64,000 nt of DNA from an uncultured bacterium (lineage in GTDB: Bacteria > Verrucomicrobiota > Verrucomicrobiia > Verrucomicrobiales > DEV007): the NCBI GenBank assembly GCA_963977015.1, contig CAXBMO010000009.1, forward strand, positions 64,001 to 128,000, in the 5' to 3' direction. Positions 38,457 to 47,447 of this stretch are shown one piece after another. The notes beneath the pieces are model-generated. The model saw only the letters and a list, made by a program, of their open reading frames with translations. It was not told where the DNA came from and made no database searches. Position 1 is the stretch's first letter. The number at the start of each line of letters is the position of its first letter. The translations under genes were made by a program, and so were the position numbers.

Positions 38457-39232
38457 CGCAGAAATTCGAGAACCGCCGCATTGAACGCAGCGCTCGCTTC
38501 GTGATTCGACAAATGAGCGGAATCGAGCTCGATGACTCGGGCATCGGGCATGAGCCCGGCGAACTGACGCGTCCATTCCGGCGGCGTCGCGCGATCGTGC
38601 CTGCCATAAATGACGAGGCTCGGGGTTCGCATCTCGCCCAGCCCTTTCATCAAATCCATTGCGCAAAGCGCGTCGCAAGTGGCGGCGTAGCCTTCCGCCT
38701 TCGTCGCCAGCAGCATCTCGCGAATCTCTGCAAGAAGGCCCGGGTTTGAAGCTCGAAACCCGCTCGTGAACCAACGATCCAGCACATTTTCAGCGATGCA
38801 GGAAAGCCCCAGCTTTCGAATCAGGTCAGCGCGGCTTCGCAGCAAGCCGGGATCCTCAATTCTGGCCGCGCAATTCGCCAAGACCAGCTTCTCCATCCGG
38901 TCCGGCGTCTCCTGGCCAAGCCAAAGTCCAACCATTCCTCCCAACGACAAGCCACAAAACGAAACTCGCTCCAAATCGAGAAAATCCAGCAACTCGATCA
39001 CATCCCGGCCAAACTCTGCAATCGACCAGGCTCCCGCCGGATGGCTCGAATTGCCGTGGCCCCGTTGATCGTAAACGAGGAGTCGAAAGCGTTCGCCCAG
39101 TTCCTCGATTTGAGGATTCCACAGGTTGTGGGATGCCCCAAGAGAGTGCGAGAGCACCAAAACCGGCCCCGAATCCCGCCCATTCCACTCGTAGAAGAGC
39201 CGCCTTTGCGCTGTCTCGAAGACCGGCATCAA
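38453..39232 (-). CDS. Alpha/beta hydrolase, 3-oxoadipate enol-lactonase (PcaD)-like
   Basis: LSHSLG, YDQRGHG, GLSLGG nucleophile elbow, RWFT, D..TP, AHLSN. Confidence 0.85.
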   Translation of the reverse strand: MMPVFETAQRRLFYEWNGRDSGPVLVLSHSLGASHNLWNPQIEELGERFRLLVYDQRGHGNSSHPAGAWSIAEFGRDVIELLDFLDLERVSFCGLSLGGMVGLWLGQETPDRMEKLVLANCAARIEDPGLLRSRADLIRKLGLSCIAENVLDRWFTSGFRASNPGLLAEIREMLLATKAEGYAATCDALCAMDLMKGLGEMRTPSLVIYGRHDRATPPEWTRQFAGLMPDARVIELDSAHLSNHEASAAFNAAVLEFLR

Positions 39233-40023
39233 TACGCGGATTCTGAATTCGAGTCTGGAGCACCAGCGCGAAACTCAGAAACCACGCCCGCCGCTCCCGC
39301 CATCATCAGGCGCATGTCCGAACTTACGGAAACGAAATTGGCCCCCAATTTCCCCATCCGCTGCGCATAGGCCACGGTCGCGTTGTGAACGCCAACCCAT
39401 TTCCCCTTCGCTCTCGCGGTCTTCACGATGTGTTCGATCGCTTCCACGACAGGCGTTTCCTCCTGATCGAATTTGGGCGTGCATCCCAGGGCGAGCGACA
39501 AATCCGCCGGACCGATGTAAACCGCCTTCAGTTCATCCACATCGAGAATCGCATCCAGATTTTCGAGCGCCTCCCGGCTTTCGATCATCGCGATGGAAAG
39601 GATCTCTTGATTTGCAGATTGGTAATACTCCGGCCCTTCGTAAAGCCCGACCCGAATCGGCCCGAAACTGCGGGTGCCAACCGGCGCGTAGTTGCAGGAC
39701 CGCACAAAGCGCGCCGCCTCGTCCTTTGAGTTGATCATCGGGCAAATGATCCCGAAACATCCCGCATCCAGCATCCGCATGACGATCCCTTCGTCGAGCC
39801 AGGGAACGCGCGCCATCGCGACAACCGGTTTGGGCGCGGTGGAGATGGCGATCAACATTTGAAGCGCGACTTGGTAATCCGCCAACCCGTGTTGCATGTC
39901 GATGGTCAGGGAATCCCAGCCTTGGTGCGCCATTGCTTCCGCGGCAGACGGATTCGGGATCGCGAGCCAACCATTCAAAGTCGGCTGGCCCTTCTTCCAG
40001 GCCTGAATCAGGGGGTTCTTCAT
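39229..40023 (-). CDS. HpcH/HpaI (GarL-like) class II pyruvate aldolase
   Basis: IDMQHG, ARVP, LDAG..GIICPM, GTRSFGP, MIES, YIGPADLS. Confidence 0.9.
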   Translation of the reverse strand: MKNPLIQAWKKGQPTLNGWLAIPNPSAAEAMAHQGWDSLTIDMQHGLADYQVALQMLIAISTAPKPVVAMARVPWLDEGIVMRMLDAGCFGIICPMINSKDEAARFVRSCNYAPVGTRSFGPIRVGLYEGPEYYQSANQEILSIAMIESREALENLDAILDVDELKAVYIGPADLSLALGCTPKFDQEETPVVEAIEHIVKTARAKGKWVGVHNATVAYAQRMGKLGANFVSVSSDMRLMMAGAAGVVSEFRAGAPDSNSESAY

Positions 40024-40125
40024 GGCTCGATCACAACATTTGGCAGCATTTCATTCCTATAACGCCCGACGCCTGATTCTCAAAAAGCACATTTCTCCAA
40101 AATTCGAGAATCAAAATCTTGAATA

Positions 40126-40140
40126 TTATAATAATTATGG
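40126..40140. promoter_or_regulatory. AT-rich 7-1-7 box TTATAAT-A-ATTATGG containing a TATAAT -10 hexamer
   Basis: Between the divergent aldolase and pilin genes; similar to 43280-43294. Confidence 0.4.
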
Positions 40141-40178
40141 ATAAAGTTGTCGTTAGAATCACTAAACCACTCTCAATC

Positions 40179-41825
40179 ATGAACCTGATCTCACTTTCTG
40201 GATTCAGCTTTCGCAAAAATAATAACAACGCCTTTTCCCTGCTGGAAGGGCTCCTTGTTGTTGCGATTATCGGAATCCTTTCTTCCATCGCGGTCGTTTC
40301 GACCGGCGGAATCAATGAATCGGCCAAGCTCTCCAAGCTGGAATCGGACGTTTCCAGCCTGAATTCCGCCATCAAGATCTATCTTGCCAACGGCGGCGAC
40401 CTCACGGGAGTTTCCGATCCTCAATCCATCATCGACAAGCTCAAAACGCGGAGGAGCGACAGTTCCGCAGAGCGATTCGCCGGTCTTCGCTCATCGATGG
40501 TCGACAAGCGCCTCGCGGTGGTGATGCAGTCGTCCACGGAAGCGTCAACCACCCGCACCAGAGCGATCTGGGACGCGACGACGTCACGGTTTGTCGTCAA
40601 GAAATCCGGGGCAAGCGGAGTGAGTTACTTCCGGCTGGACGACGCCCTGGCGCTTGGCGATTACGGAACCGAAAACCGGGAAGCTTCCCCCATCGATCTC
40701 AATCCCAATGATGGATGGGTTTGGACCTACAGCGATTCCAACCCGATTTCGGGACCGGCTCCAACAACGATTACGCTGGCAAATCCAGGATCCAGTTCCA
40801 GTGGCAGTTCTGGATCAACGGGCAGCGGTTCGGGCTCGAGCGGCAGCGATGGAGGCTCTGGAAATAATGGAGGAAGCAACAATGGCCATGGCAACAACGA
40901 AGATGGCGTTGATGTCTCCAATCCCGGGAACGGCCATGGCGGCCCCAACGGCTCGGACGATCCATCCGGTGATATTGACGATGAAATCTCCCCACAGCGC
41001 TTGAGTCGGCCGAACTTCAACCCCGGCAGTGCCTATCACGCGGCCTCGTCGTTTCCGTTGTTCATCTCCATCAGCAATCCCAATTCCTCGACCGTTTCCT
41101 ACGTTGAGTATCGGGTCGATGGTGGAAGCTGGCAGTCCTACAACGGCTCCCCGGTCGAGATTCATCCAAACCAGCGGCTCCAGGCGAAGGCCAAGACAAC
41201 GGATTCGGTCAACTGGCTGGACAGTTCCACGCGCTCCCGGACGTTCCGCCCGCTCGTCGAGAACTTCGAAGGAATGGCCAATACATATTGGCACAATCCC
41301 GTCGGCGGACCAAACCTGGTTCACCAGATCACGACGCCGGGAGACGGCAGCAGCAGCATCGTCCACGGAAATACCACGATCGTCGTCAACGGTGTCGAGC
41401 AGCGGGTCGGCACGGCCAACTCTCTTGGCTTTGAGCCCTCGAACTTCGGCGGAGTCAGCCTGGGACAGACGTTTCAGATGGGAATGCTCACCTACTACAA
41501 CGGCTCCACGTTCAACCAGAGCGATGCATCCGAAGTCACCCTGCGGCTGGATCTTACCTTCAACGAGCCAGCCATGACAGCGGCGATCGACATCCCGTTC
41601 AGCCTCGTCAGCTCCCCCAACAGCGACGACCCGTTCGCCAGTGCGGACAGCGTCATCTTTACGGACCAGACCTTTAGTCTTCCGACCGTGAACGGCGTTC
41701 GCTACGAACTCCAACTGGAGTTTGGCAACATCAGCAATGGCGGCTTCGGAACGGGCTCAACCCTGAGCGCTTTCGAGGGCGAACAGGCAGCCGTTCAAGT
41801 CAACGCACGGCTACGGGCGCGCTGA
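40179..41825 (+). CDS. Large type IV pilin/pseudopilin-like protein with Gly/Ser/Asn linker, Fn3-associated-like domain and choice-of-anchor K-like C-terminal domain
   Basis: A|FSLLE followed by hydrophobic helix; NNGHGNNEDGVDVSNPG motif; YRVDG; LTYYNGS..LRLDLTF..PN..D..AD; start at ATG 40179. Confidence 0.75.
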   Translation: MNLISLSGFSFRKNNNNAFSLLEGLLVVAIIGILSSIAVVSTGGINESAKLSKLESDVSSLNSAIKIYLANGGDLTGVSDPQSIIDKLKTRRSDSSAERFAGLRSSMVDKRLAVVMQSSTEASTTRTRAIWDATTSRFVVKKSGASGVSYFRLDDALALGDYGTENREASPIDLNPNDGWVWTYSDSNPISGPAPTTITLANPGSSSSGSSGSTGSGSGSSGSDGGSGNNGGSNNGHGNNEDGVDVSNPGNGHGGPNGSDDPSGDIDDEISPQRLSRPNFNPGSAYHAASSFPLFISISNPNSSTVSYVEYRVDGGSWQSYNGSPVEIHPNQRLQAKAKTTDSVNWLDSSTRSRTFRPLVENFEGMANTYWHNPVGGPNLVHQITTPGDGSSSIVHGNTTIVVNGVEQRVGTANSLGFEPSNFGGVSLGQTFQMGMLTYYNGSTFNQSDASEVTLRLDLTFNEPAMTAAIDIPFSLVSSPNSDDPFASADSVIFTDQTFSLPTVNGVRYELQLEFGNISNGGFGTGSTLSAFEGEQAAVQVNARLRAR

Positions 41826-42369
41826 CTTTGCCGGCGTTTCGGAACTCCATCTCGTAAGCGCCATTTCGCCCATCGGGCTGATCAAACCTCCAAGTCACCT
41901 CGGCATTCGCCGTTCCATCCAGCGATTCCCAGGTTTGGAAACCACCAAGCGTAGAACCTCCTTCCCCGTATTGGGGAGTCTCGTTGACCAACGTCCAATA
42001 CAGCCCCGCGCCGCCATAGGCATCGCGGAGTTTGATGAAATCGATCGGCGATTTTGGAAAGATCGAGTCTCCAATGCGGCCGGAAACGTGGACTTCATCG
42101 CACATCACGTCCGTCACCACTGCGGTTAAGATGCGATCCTGATCCCGAACCTGAAGGATCCGACGATGATTCGAAGCACTCTGGTCATCAGCAAGGCTCT
42201 TGAAGTTGTCGAGATAGGCCACGACATCCCCGGTCGGCTGACGAAAAAGCACCTTGGGTGCCTGATCGAATTCGCCGTAGCGTGTCGGTTCCGGCAGATC
42301 AGCCGTTTCTTCCTGGCACCCGACAAGAAACGCGGCACCGAGAGATAGAATCAGAATCGTGGTTTTCAC
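41800..42369 (-). CDS. Hypothetical lipoprotein
   Basis: MKT-hydrophobic-LVGC lipobox; GTG start with AAGGGGA upstream. Confidence 0.7.
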   Translation of the reverse strand: MKTTILILSLGAAFLVGCQEETADLPEPTRYGEFDQAPKVLFRQPTGDVVAYLDNFKSLADDQSASNHRRILQVRDQDRILTAVVTDVMCDEVHVSGRIGDSIFPKSPIDFIKLRDAYGGAGLYWTLVNETPQYGEGGSTLGGFQTWESLDGTANAEVTWRFDQPDGRNGAYEMEFRNAGKVSAPVAVR

Positions 42370-42412
42370 TCCCCTTGCATACCTCGGATCATGAGGCCGG
42401 AAAAGAAGGAAA

Positions 42413-43252
42413 TCATGGTGCCCCGAAAACCATCGTCCGCGTCAGCAGCATCATTTTCTGCCACCCGGAGAGGCGATAACGCTGATCCAGCACCTGAAAT
42501 CCGCTCCGGCGCATCTTTTGAAGCAGGGCGAAGTAGATGGAGCGCATGAGTTCGCTGGCTTTGAGACAGGACCGGTCCTGGGCCGATCGTGCGTTGCGCG
42601 CATTCTCGTACCGGAGTTCGGCGCGGTTAGCCTCGAACTCCATCAGAGCCAACAGCCCCTCCCGATTGGTGCCGTTCTTCAAATCCTCTTCCGTCACGTC
42701 AAACTGCGCCAAATCCTCCAATGGCAGGTAGATCCGGTCGTCTTCCCGCAAATCTTCCCCCACGTCTCGCAGAATGTTCGTCAGCTGAAGGGCGTGCCCC
42801 AGTTCCTCGGCGTAAACGTCGCTTTCCGGTGCTTCGCAGCCAAAAATGCGAATGCTGACCAAGCCCACCGCGCTCGCGACCCGGAAACAGTAGGTCTCCA
42901 GATCCAAATAGGTCTGGTATCGATGAATCTCCAGATCCATTTCCATGCCCCGGATGATTTCGCGGACCGTTTCGCGGTCGATTTCATACCGTTCAAAAAC
43001 CTCGACAATGGTGCGCTCCAACTCTGAATCCGGGGAAAGTTCGCCGGTGACGAGCTGATCCCAATGAGCCAGGTCGCGACGCTTTTCGTCTACCGGTCGA
43101 TTGGGCTCGTCCGCGATGTCATCAACGATTCGGCAAAACGCATAAAACACGTTCATGTCGAGTTGGCGCTGGCGAGGCAGGCAGGCAAGGGCGAACGCGA
43201 GGTTCGATTTCGCACTTTTGGTAATTTCTTGAGCACTGGAAGCCTCCGACAT
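42413..43252 (-). CDS. hpnD: Squalene/phytoene synthase family (HpnD-like)
   Basis: KSNLAFAL, FYAFCRIVDDIAD, YCFRVASAVG, LQLTNILRDVGED, RIYLP. Confidence 0.8.
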   Translation of the reverse strand: MSEASSAQEITKSAKSNLAFALACLPRQRQLDMNVFYAFCRIVDDIADEPNRPVDEKRRDLAHWDQLVTGELSPDSELERTIVEVFERYEIDRETVREIIRGMEMDLEIHRYQTYLDLETYCFRVASAVGLVSIRIFGCEAPESDVYAEELGHALQLTNILRDVGEDLREDDRIYLPLEDLAQFDVTEEDLKNGTNREGLLALMEFEANRAELRYENARNARSAQDRSCLKASELMRSIYFALLQKMRRSGFQVLDQRYRLSGWQKMMLLTRTMVFGAP

Positions 43253-43269
43253 GAAGAAAAAGAGTTGTT

Positions 43270-43294
43270 ATTATAAAAATTATAATTATTATAC
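43270..43294. promoter_or_regulatory. Three minus-strand TATAAT hexamers at 9-bp spacing, including the 7-1-7 palindrome TTATAAT-T-ATTATAC
   Basis: ATTATA at 43270, 43279 and 43288, just upstream of the hpnD start. Confidence 0.5.
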
Positions 43295-43637
43295 CTAATA
43301 AGACTTCTAAGTTATCTTCACGATCTCAGCCGCTCGCAAAATCCCTGAGCTGGAGACCAATTGAAGAGCCAATTTAACGCACAAACAACTACACTTAACC
43401 GTTTTTACCTGACGGTTAATCTTCTGGAAACAATCGGTCTGGAAGCTTTCGGATTCAAATCCGGGAAACGAAAGCTTCCGGCCGATATTCTTTTGGGCCG
43501 GAAGAGGTGGGCGGAACTCCGCATTCTTCGCGAACATCCAGGAATCCCTGATTCCTAACATTGTTTAAATTTTCGGTTCTCTGAGCTTGAAATCGGCAAG
43601 GTTTTCTGAAAGAGTCAGCCCAGTTTTATAATTCTGA

Positions 43638-45848
43638 ATGGGCCGAACCAACCAGATCTTCATCAGTGCATCGCAGGCAGACGCCGATGCGGCGAAAGCC
43701 CTGCAACGCGGCCTTCGCGGGTTTCAAGTTCCCCGAATGCTGGAGGTCCCCCGGCCCTACCTGCATTTTAAGAGCTCTCGAAAGCTTTTTCGGCACGAGG
43801 AAGAGAATCCCCGGAAATCTGAGCTTCCCCTCCACATCCTCGATCAGATCCAAAAAAGTGGAACGATGATCGTGGTTTGCAGCCCTCACACTTCCGTCTC
43901 CCGCTGGATTCGGGCTGAGGTAGATGCGTTTTACACGGCTCATCCACGCGGCCGGATTATCCCGCTGGTCATGTCTGGCGAACCCGAACCCGAGGCGACG
44001 CTTCAGGCTTATGCGAAGCCCTGTCTTCCCGAGAATCTTAACCGGACCGATGCTGAATACTGGGTTGATGCTCGCGATTGCGATTGGGAATACGCGGCCC
44101 CTGCGGCTGCGATTTCCGCGTTGCTTGGCGTAAGAATCGAAGAACTGGTCCAGCATATCAGCCTTCGCGCCAAATCCATGGGGATTCAGCGAACGCTGGC
44201 AACCGTCGCGGCGGTTCTTGTCGCCCTCGTCGCCGCCATCTGGACATGGCGGCAGCCGGTTCACGAATGGTCTTTGGCAAATTTGCCCGGGTATGAAGAA
44301 AACCTTTCGCCTCTGGTGGAACCATGGCTCGAGGCGGAACCGCCGCCAGTTTCCGCGGAGGAAGTTACCGAAACCTCTGTAGAGACACCATCGCCCCCAC
44401 CCGGCCCGGTCTCCATTCCAGACGAGAACCTGACTCCAACCTCCGCAGCCTCGGCAAAAGCGGAGATGATCCCTGTTCCCGTGGAATCTGCCGACGCAGC
44501 CCAAGTCGCATTGAGAGCGTGGCTCGATCGCGCGGAGAACTATCTACCCGATCAACTTCGTGACGCTAATTTCTGGCTCGATACCTGCGAAGCCAAGCTT
44601 GGGCTGTTCGCGCCACAAGAACTCGGCCACGAACGCTATCGCTTCCATGCCCTTCGCGCGGCGATCGCGCAAAGCAGCGGCGACAAGGACGCGGCTGCGA
44701 AGCATCTGCTGACGGCGGTGGAACATTGGACCTCAATCCCGTTGGAGAACCCGGTTGGCCAGGAACGCGAGGCGTTTGAAATCCTGGCAACGGTTTCGCC
44801 CAACGAAGCCTGGCGGGAAAGCGCTTTGCGATTGGTCATCTGGATTTCCAAGCTCCGGGGCGACACCAATCGCGTGATGGTTCGCGCCGAAAACCTTATT
44901 GCGTTCGCGTCCCGGTTTCCCTTCCTCTACGAGCCCGTCGATGCCTGGCTTTCCGGCGCCAACTCAAGAGTCGAACCGGCTCCGGAACAACCGCTTGAGC
45001 TCGCCGGCCAACTGATCCTTCTGCGATCCCGCCTGGCTGAGCAGGCCGGGAAACTGACCGAAGCGCGGAAACAGCTTCAAGACGGTCGCATTCAATTGGC
45101 CAAAACGGAGAGCCCGACTCCCATCCTTCAGGCGCTCGTTGCCCAGATGGGGATTCGCCAGATTCAATTTCAGGAAAAACTGAATGCCTCCGCATTGGCT
45201 CAGGAACTGGACGCGGCACTTCCAGCCCTCCAAGCCGGCATGAGGGATGAAACCTGGACGGTCTGGTTTGGTCCCGATCTGGCCATCGCCTGGACCTTGC
45301 GCGGCGACCTTTACCTCGCGGAAGATGTGTTTGAGACGGCAGCCCAAGCCTACAGCTTTGCACTCGAATACATTCCTTCCGAATCGCGACTTGGCGAAGT
45401 GCTCCTGAAAATTGGCTGTGCCTATCGTTACTCGAACATGCATCAGGAAGCTTGGGAAGCGTTCTCGATGGCGCGAACCATGCTGAAGGAAGACAGCTCG
45501 GTCAGATTGCGAATCACGGCATTTCTCGGTTCGTCAATGGCGGCGCGCAACATCAAGACCACTACCGAAGCTCAAGGATTCCTCGACCAGGCCAATACAC
45601 TCATCGCTCAGAAGGTTCCTGATTTTCGCCCACCGAGCTTTTGGAGAGAACCGTTGGAGGTTGTCATGAATCTGCAGACCGAAACCGCCATTTCTTCGGA
45701 AGAACAAGCTGCTGAAATCGAGCGGTTGCGCGGCCGAATCCAGGTTTTGGAAAACATTGCCGGTCGCAAATCGGTCGAGCAACTCCGCGAACTGCAGGGA
45801 CTCTATCTCGCACTGGATCGTCTCTACCGCGAGAGCAAAGCCAAGTGA
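43638..45848 (+). CDS. N-terminal TIR domain, single TM, Pro-rich linker, TPR-like helical region
   Basis: IFISAS..A..LQ..L, LFR.EE, MIVVCSP..SRWIRAEV, IIPLVMSGEP; TM TLATVAAVLVALVAAIW; TPR-like AWTLRGDLY..AAQAY and LLKIGCAY..AWEAF. Confidence 0.75.
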   Translation: MGRTNQIFISASQADADAAKALQRGLRGFQVPRMLEVPRPYLHFKSSRKLFRHEEENPRKSELPLHILDQIQKSGTMIVVCSPHTSVSRWIRAEVDAFYTAHPRGRIIPLVMSGEPEPEATLQAYAKPCLPENLNRTDAEYWVDARDCDWEYAAPAAAISALLGVRIEELVQHISLRAKSMGIQRTLATVAAVLVALVAAIWTWRQPVHEWSLANLPGYEENLSPLVEPWLEAEPPPVSAEEVTETSVETPSPPPGPVSIPDENLTPTSAASAKAEMIPVPVESADAAQVALRAWLDRAENYLPDQLRDANFWLDTCEAKLGLFAPQELGHERYRFHALRAAIAQSSGDKDAAAKHLLTAVEHWTSIPLENPVGQEREAFEILATVSPNEAWRESALRLVIWISKLRGDTNRVMVRAENLIAFASRFPFLYEPVDAWLSGANSRVEPAPEQPLELAGQLILLRSRLAEQAGKLTEARKQLQDGRIQLAKTESPTPILQALVAQMGIRQIQFQEKLNASALAQELDAALPALQAGMRDETWTVWFGPDLAIAWTLRGDLYLAEDVFETAAQAYSFALEYIPSESRLGEVLLKIGCAYRYSNMHQEAWEAFSMARTMLKEDSSVRLRITAFLGSSMAARNIKTTTEAQGFLDQANTLIAQKVPDFRPPSFWREPLEVVMNLQTETAISSEEQAAEIERLRGRIQVLENIAGRKSVEQLRELQGLYLALDRLYRESKAK

Positions 45849-45855
45849 TTCCAGG

Positions 45856-47409
45856 TTAAAGTTTCAGAACTCCAACCTTCAACGTGGCGGCGGCTTCCGC
45901 GCCGAGCAACACCACGATCGCGTCCTCACCGGTGGCTTCGCCCGTCCGAATCAGGTACACGTCTTCAACCTTGAGATTCTCGAGCTCGATGTTGCCTTCC
46001 AGTCCTTCTGGCCGCTCAAATTGCCGAAACGCTTCGTTCGCACTTTCGGTCACCTTTCCCAGCTCCTTGGCAAAATCAAAGCGAAGCGCCTTCGCCAGTT
46101 CGTTGCGCAATCCCGGTTTGAGCAACCAAACTGCGGATTTCTCCAGAATCCCCTGGGTTTCCAAGGTGAAGTCCAGATTCGAGAACGCCAATTGCTGGGT
46201 TTCCAGATCAATCATCGGCTTTCCCCGGAACAACAAAACGCCTTCAGTCTTCCGCCTCAACAAACCGCGTGTTGCTGAAAAGTCGGCGTGAACCAGCACT
46301 TCGTTGGAATCCAACACCTTGAGATCAATCTGCGACAGCCTCAGCGTATCGGAATCCCCCATTTCGATCTCGATGGTTTCCTGCTTGATGTGCTCGTTCG
46401 CAACGTTCAATGGAATGACGGCGGGAATCTGCAAATCGGAACGCGGACTAAGGTCCTCTTGAACCGTCAGATTGGAGAGCGGCTCGTAAAATGGCACCGG
46501 TGGCTCGGCCAAATGAGCGATCACCTCCACATCGATTCCAAAAACGGCCTGGATCTGTGTCTTGTCCGAGTAGTCGAGCGGACTCATCACAACGCCGGTC
46601 GGACGAATCGAAACCCAGAATGGCGGCTCTCGATCAATCTTCTCCACGCGATGCAGATCGCCCCAAATTTTCGTCAGACTGCGCTTCCAACCACTCTCTT
46701 TGTTCAACTCCGGCCCCAGCTTTGCCAGAATTTTGGCGATCTCCGGCTCAATCGCTTTCTCCAGCGAGCTGCTAATGTCGACGGAGGCGATGTTCGCCAG
46801 ATTCAGATTCGCACGTTCAATGTCGAGTCTGGCGACGATGTTCGGCTCCAACGTCCAATCCTCTTCCAACTCAGGCGCGAGATTGCCCGTTACCTTGGCA
46901 TCGAGGTCGACCGTCCCGCGAACAGGCGTATCACCAATGAAGGGGAGGCTCAGCACTCCCCCCGCACTGACCCGGCCACCCAACGGCGTTCCGACAAAGA
47001 GCTTTTTCCCGTCGCTCGCCATCGTGATGTTTCCCCGCTCGATGTCGAATTCAATCCAACCATCTTTCATCTGCCTGAGCAGGTTCTGATCCTGCTTGCC
47101 CTTGAATCGCGTCGGTGCCTCCTGGTTGAGGAGTTCCTGCAAAACGGAAACTGGAATGCTTGCCTCCAACGCCAGTCGCGAGGTTGAAGGCACCAATTCC
47201 GTGACGCTGCTGAGGGGCGCCCCCGTTGGCTCTGCCGGAGCAATAAACACGGTTCCCAACGTGCGATAACCAAACAACAAGGCAACGAGAAGCAGCAGAA
47301 TTCCACTGATCCAAATCAGGGCCCGAAAGCGTCCTCGCCTCGGTTCTTTGGTCCTCCAATTCACTGTCGGCAAGGGTGCGACGTTGCTACTCGTGTCATG
47401 TGCGCTCAT
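45856..47409 (-). CDS. Membrane-anchored DUF4403-like protein
   Basis: N-terminal TM, then a long beta-rich body with PPFWVSIRP and NLDFTLET segments. Confidence 0.6.
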   Translation of the reverse strand: MSAHDTSSNVAPLPTVNWRTKEPRRGRFRALIWISGILLLLVALLFGYRTLGTVFIAPAEPTGAPLSSVTELVPSTSRLALEASIPVSVLQELLNQEAPTRFKGKQDQNLLRQMKDGWIEFDIERGNITMASDGKKLFVGTPLGGRVSAGGVLSLPFIGDTPVRGTVDLDAKVTGNLAPELEEDWTLEPNIVARLDIERANLNLANIASVDISSSLEKAIEPEIAKILAKLGPELNKESGWKRSLTKIWGDLHRVEKIDREPPFWVSIRPTGVVMSPLDYSDKTQIQAVFGIDVEVIAHLAEPPVPFYEPLSNLTVQEDLSPRSDLQIPAVIPLNVANEHIKQETIEIEMGDSDTLRLSQIDLKVLDSNEVLVHADFSATRGLLRRKTEGVLLFRGKPMIDLETQQLAFSNLDFTLETQGILEKSAVWLLKPGLRNELAKALRFDFAKELGKVTESANEAFRQFERPEGLEGNIELENLKVEDVYLIRTGEATGEDAIVVLLGAEAAATLKVGVLKL

Positions 47410-47447
47410 GAGGAACCCGTTTGACGGGGATTCCTCCAAAAATCATG

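Noticed and set aside
38453..39232. Aromatic (beta-ketoadipate) degradation cluster
   Set aside because: No other pca/cat genes nearby; neighbours suggest sugar-acid metabolism, so the pcaD symbol was withheld
43441..43522. c-di-GMP-I riboswitch (AAAGCTTCCGGCC resembles part of it)
   Set aside because: The GGCAAA and GACGCAAA core elements are missing; kept only as an unassigned structured region
43307..43561. Small ORFs 43361-43558 (+) and 43307-43561 (-)
   Set aside because: TTG starts, no recognisable motifs, and they overlap the hairpin-rich segment
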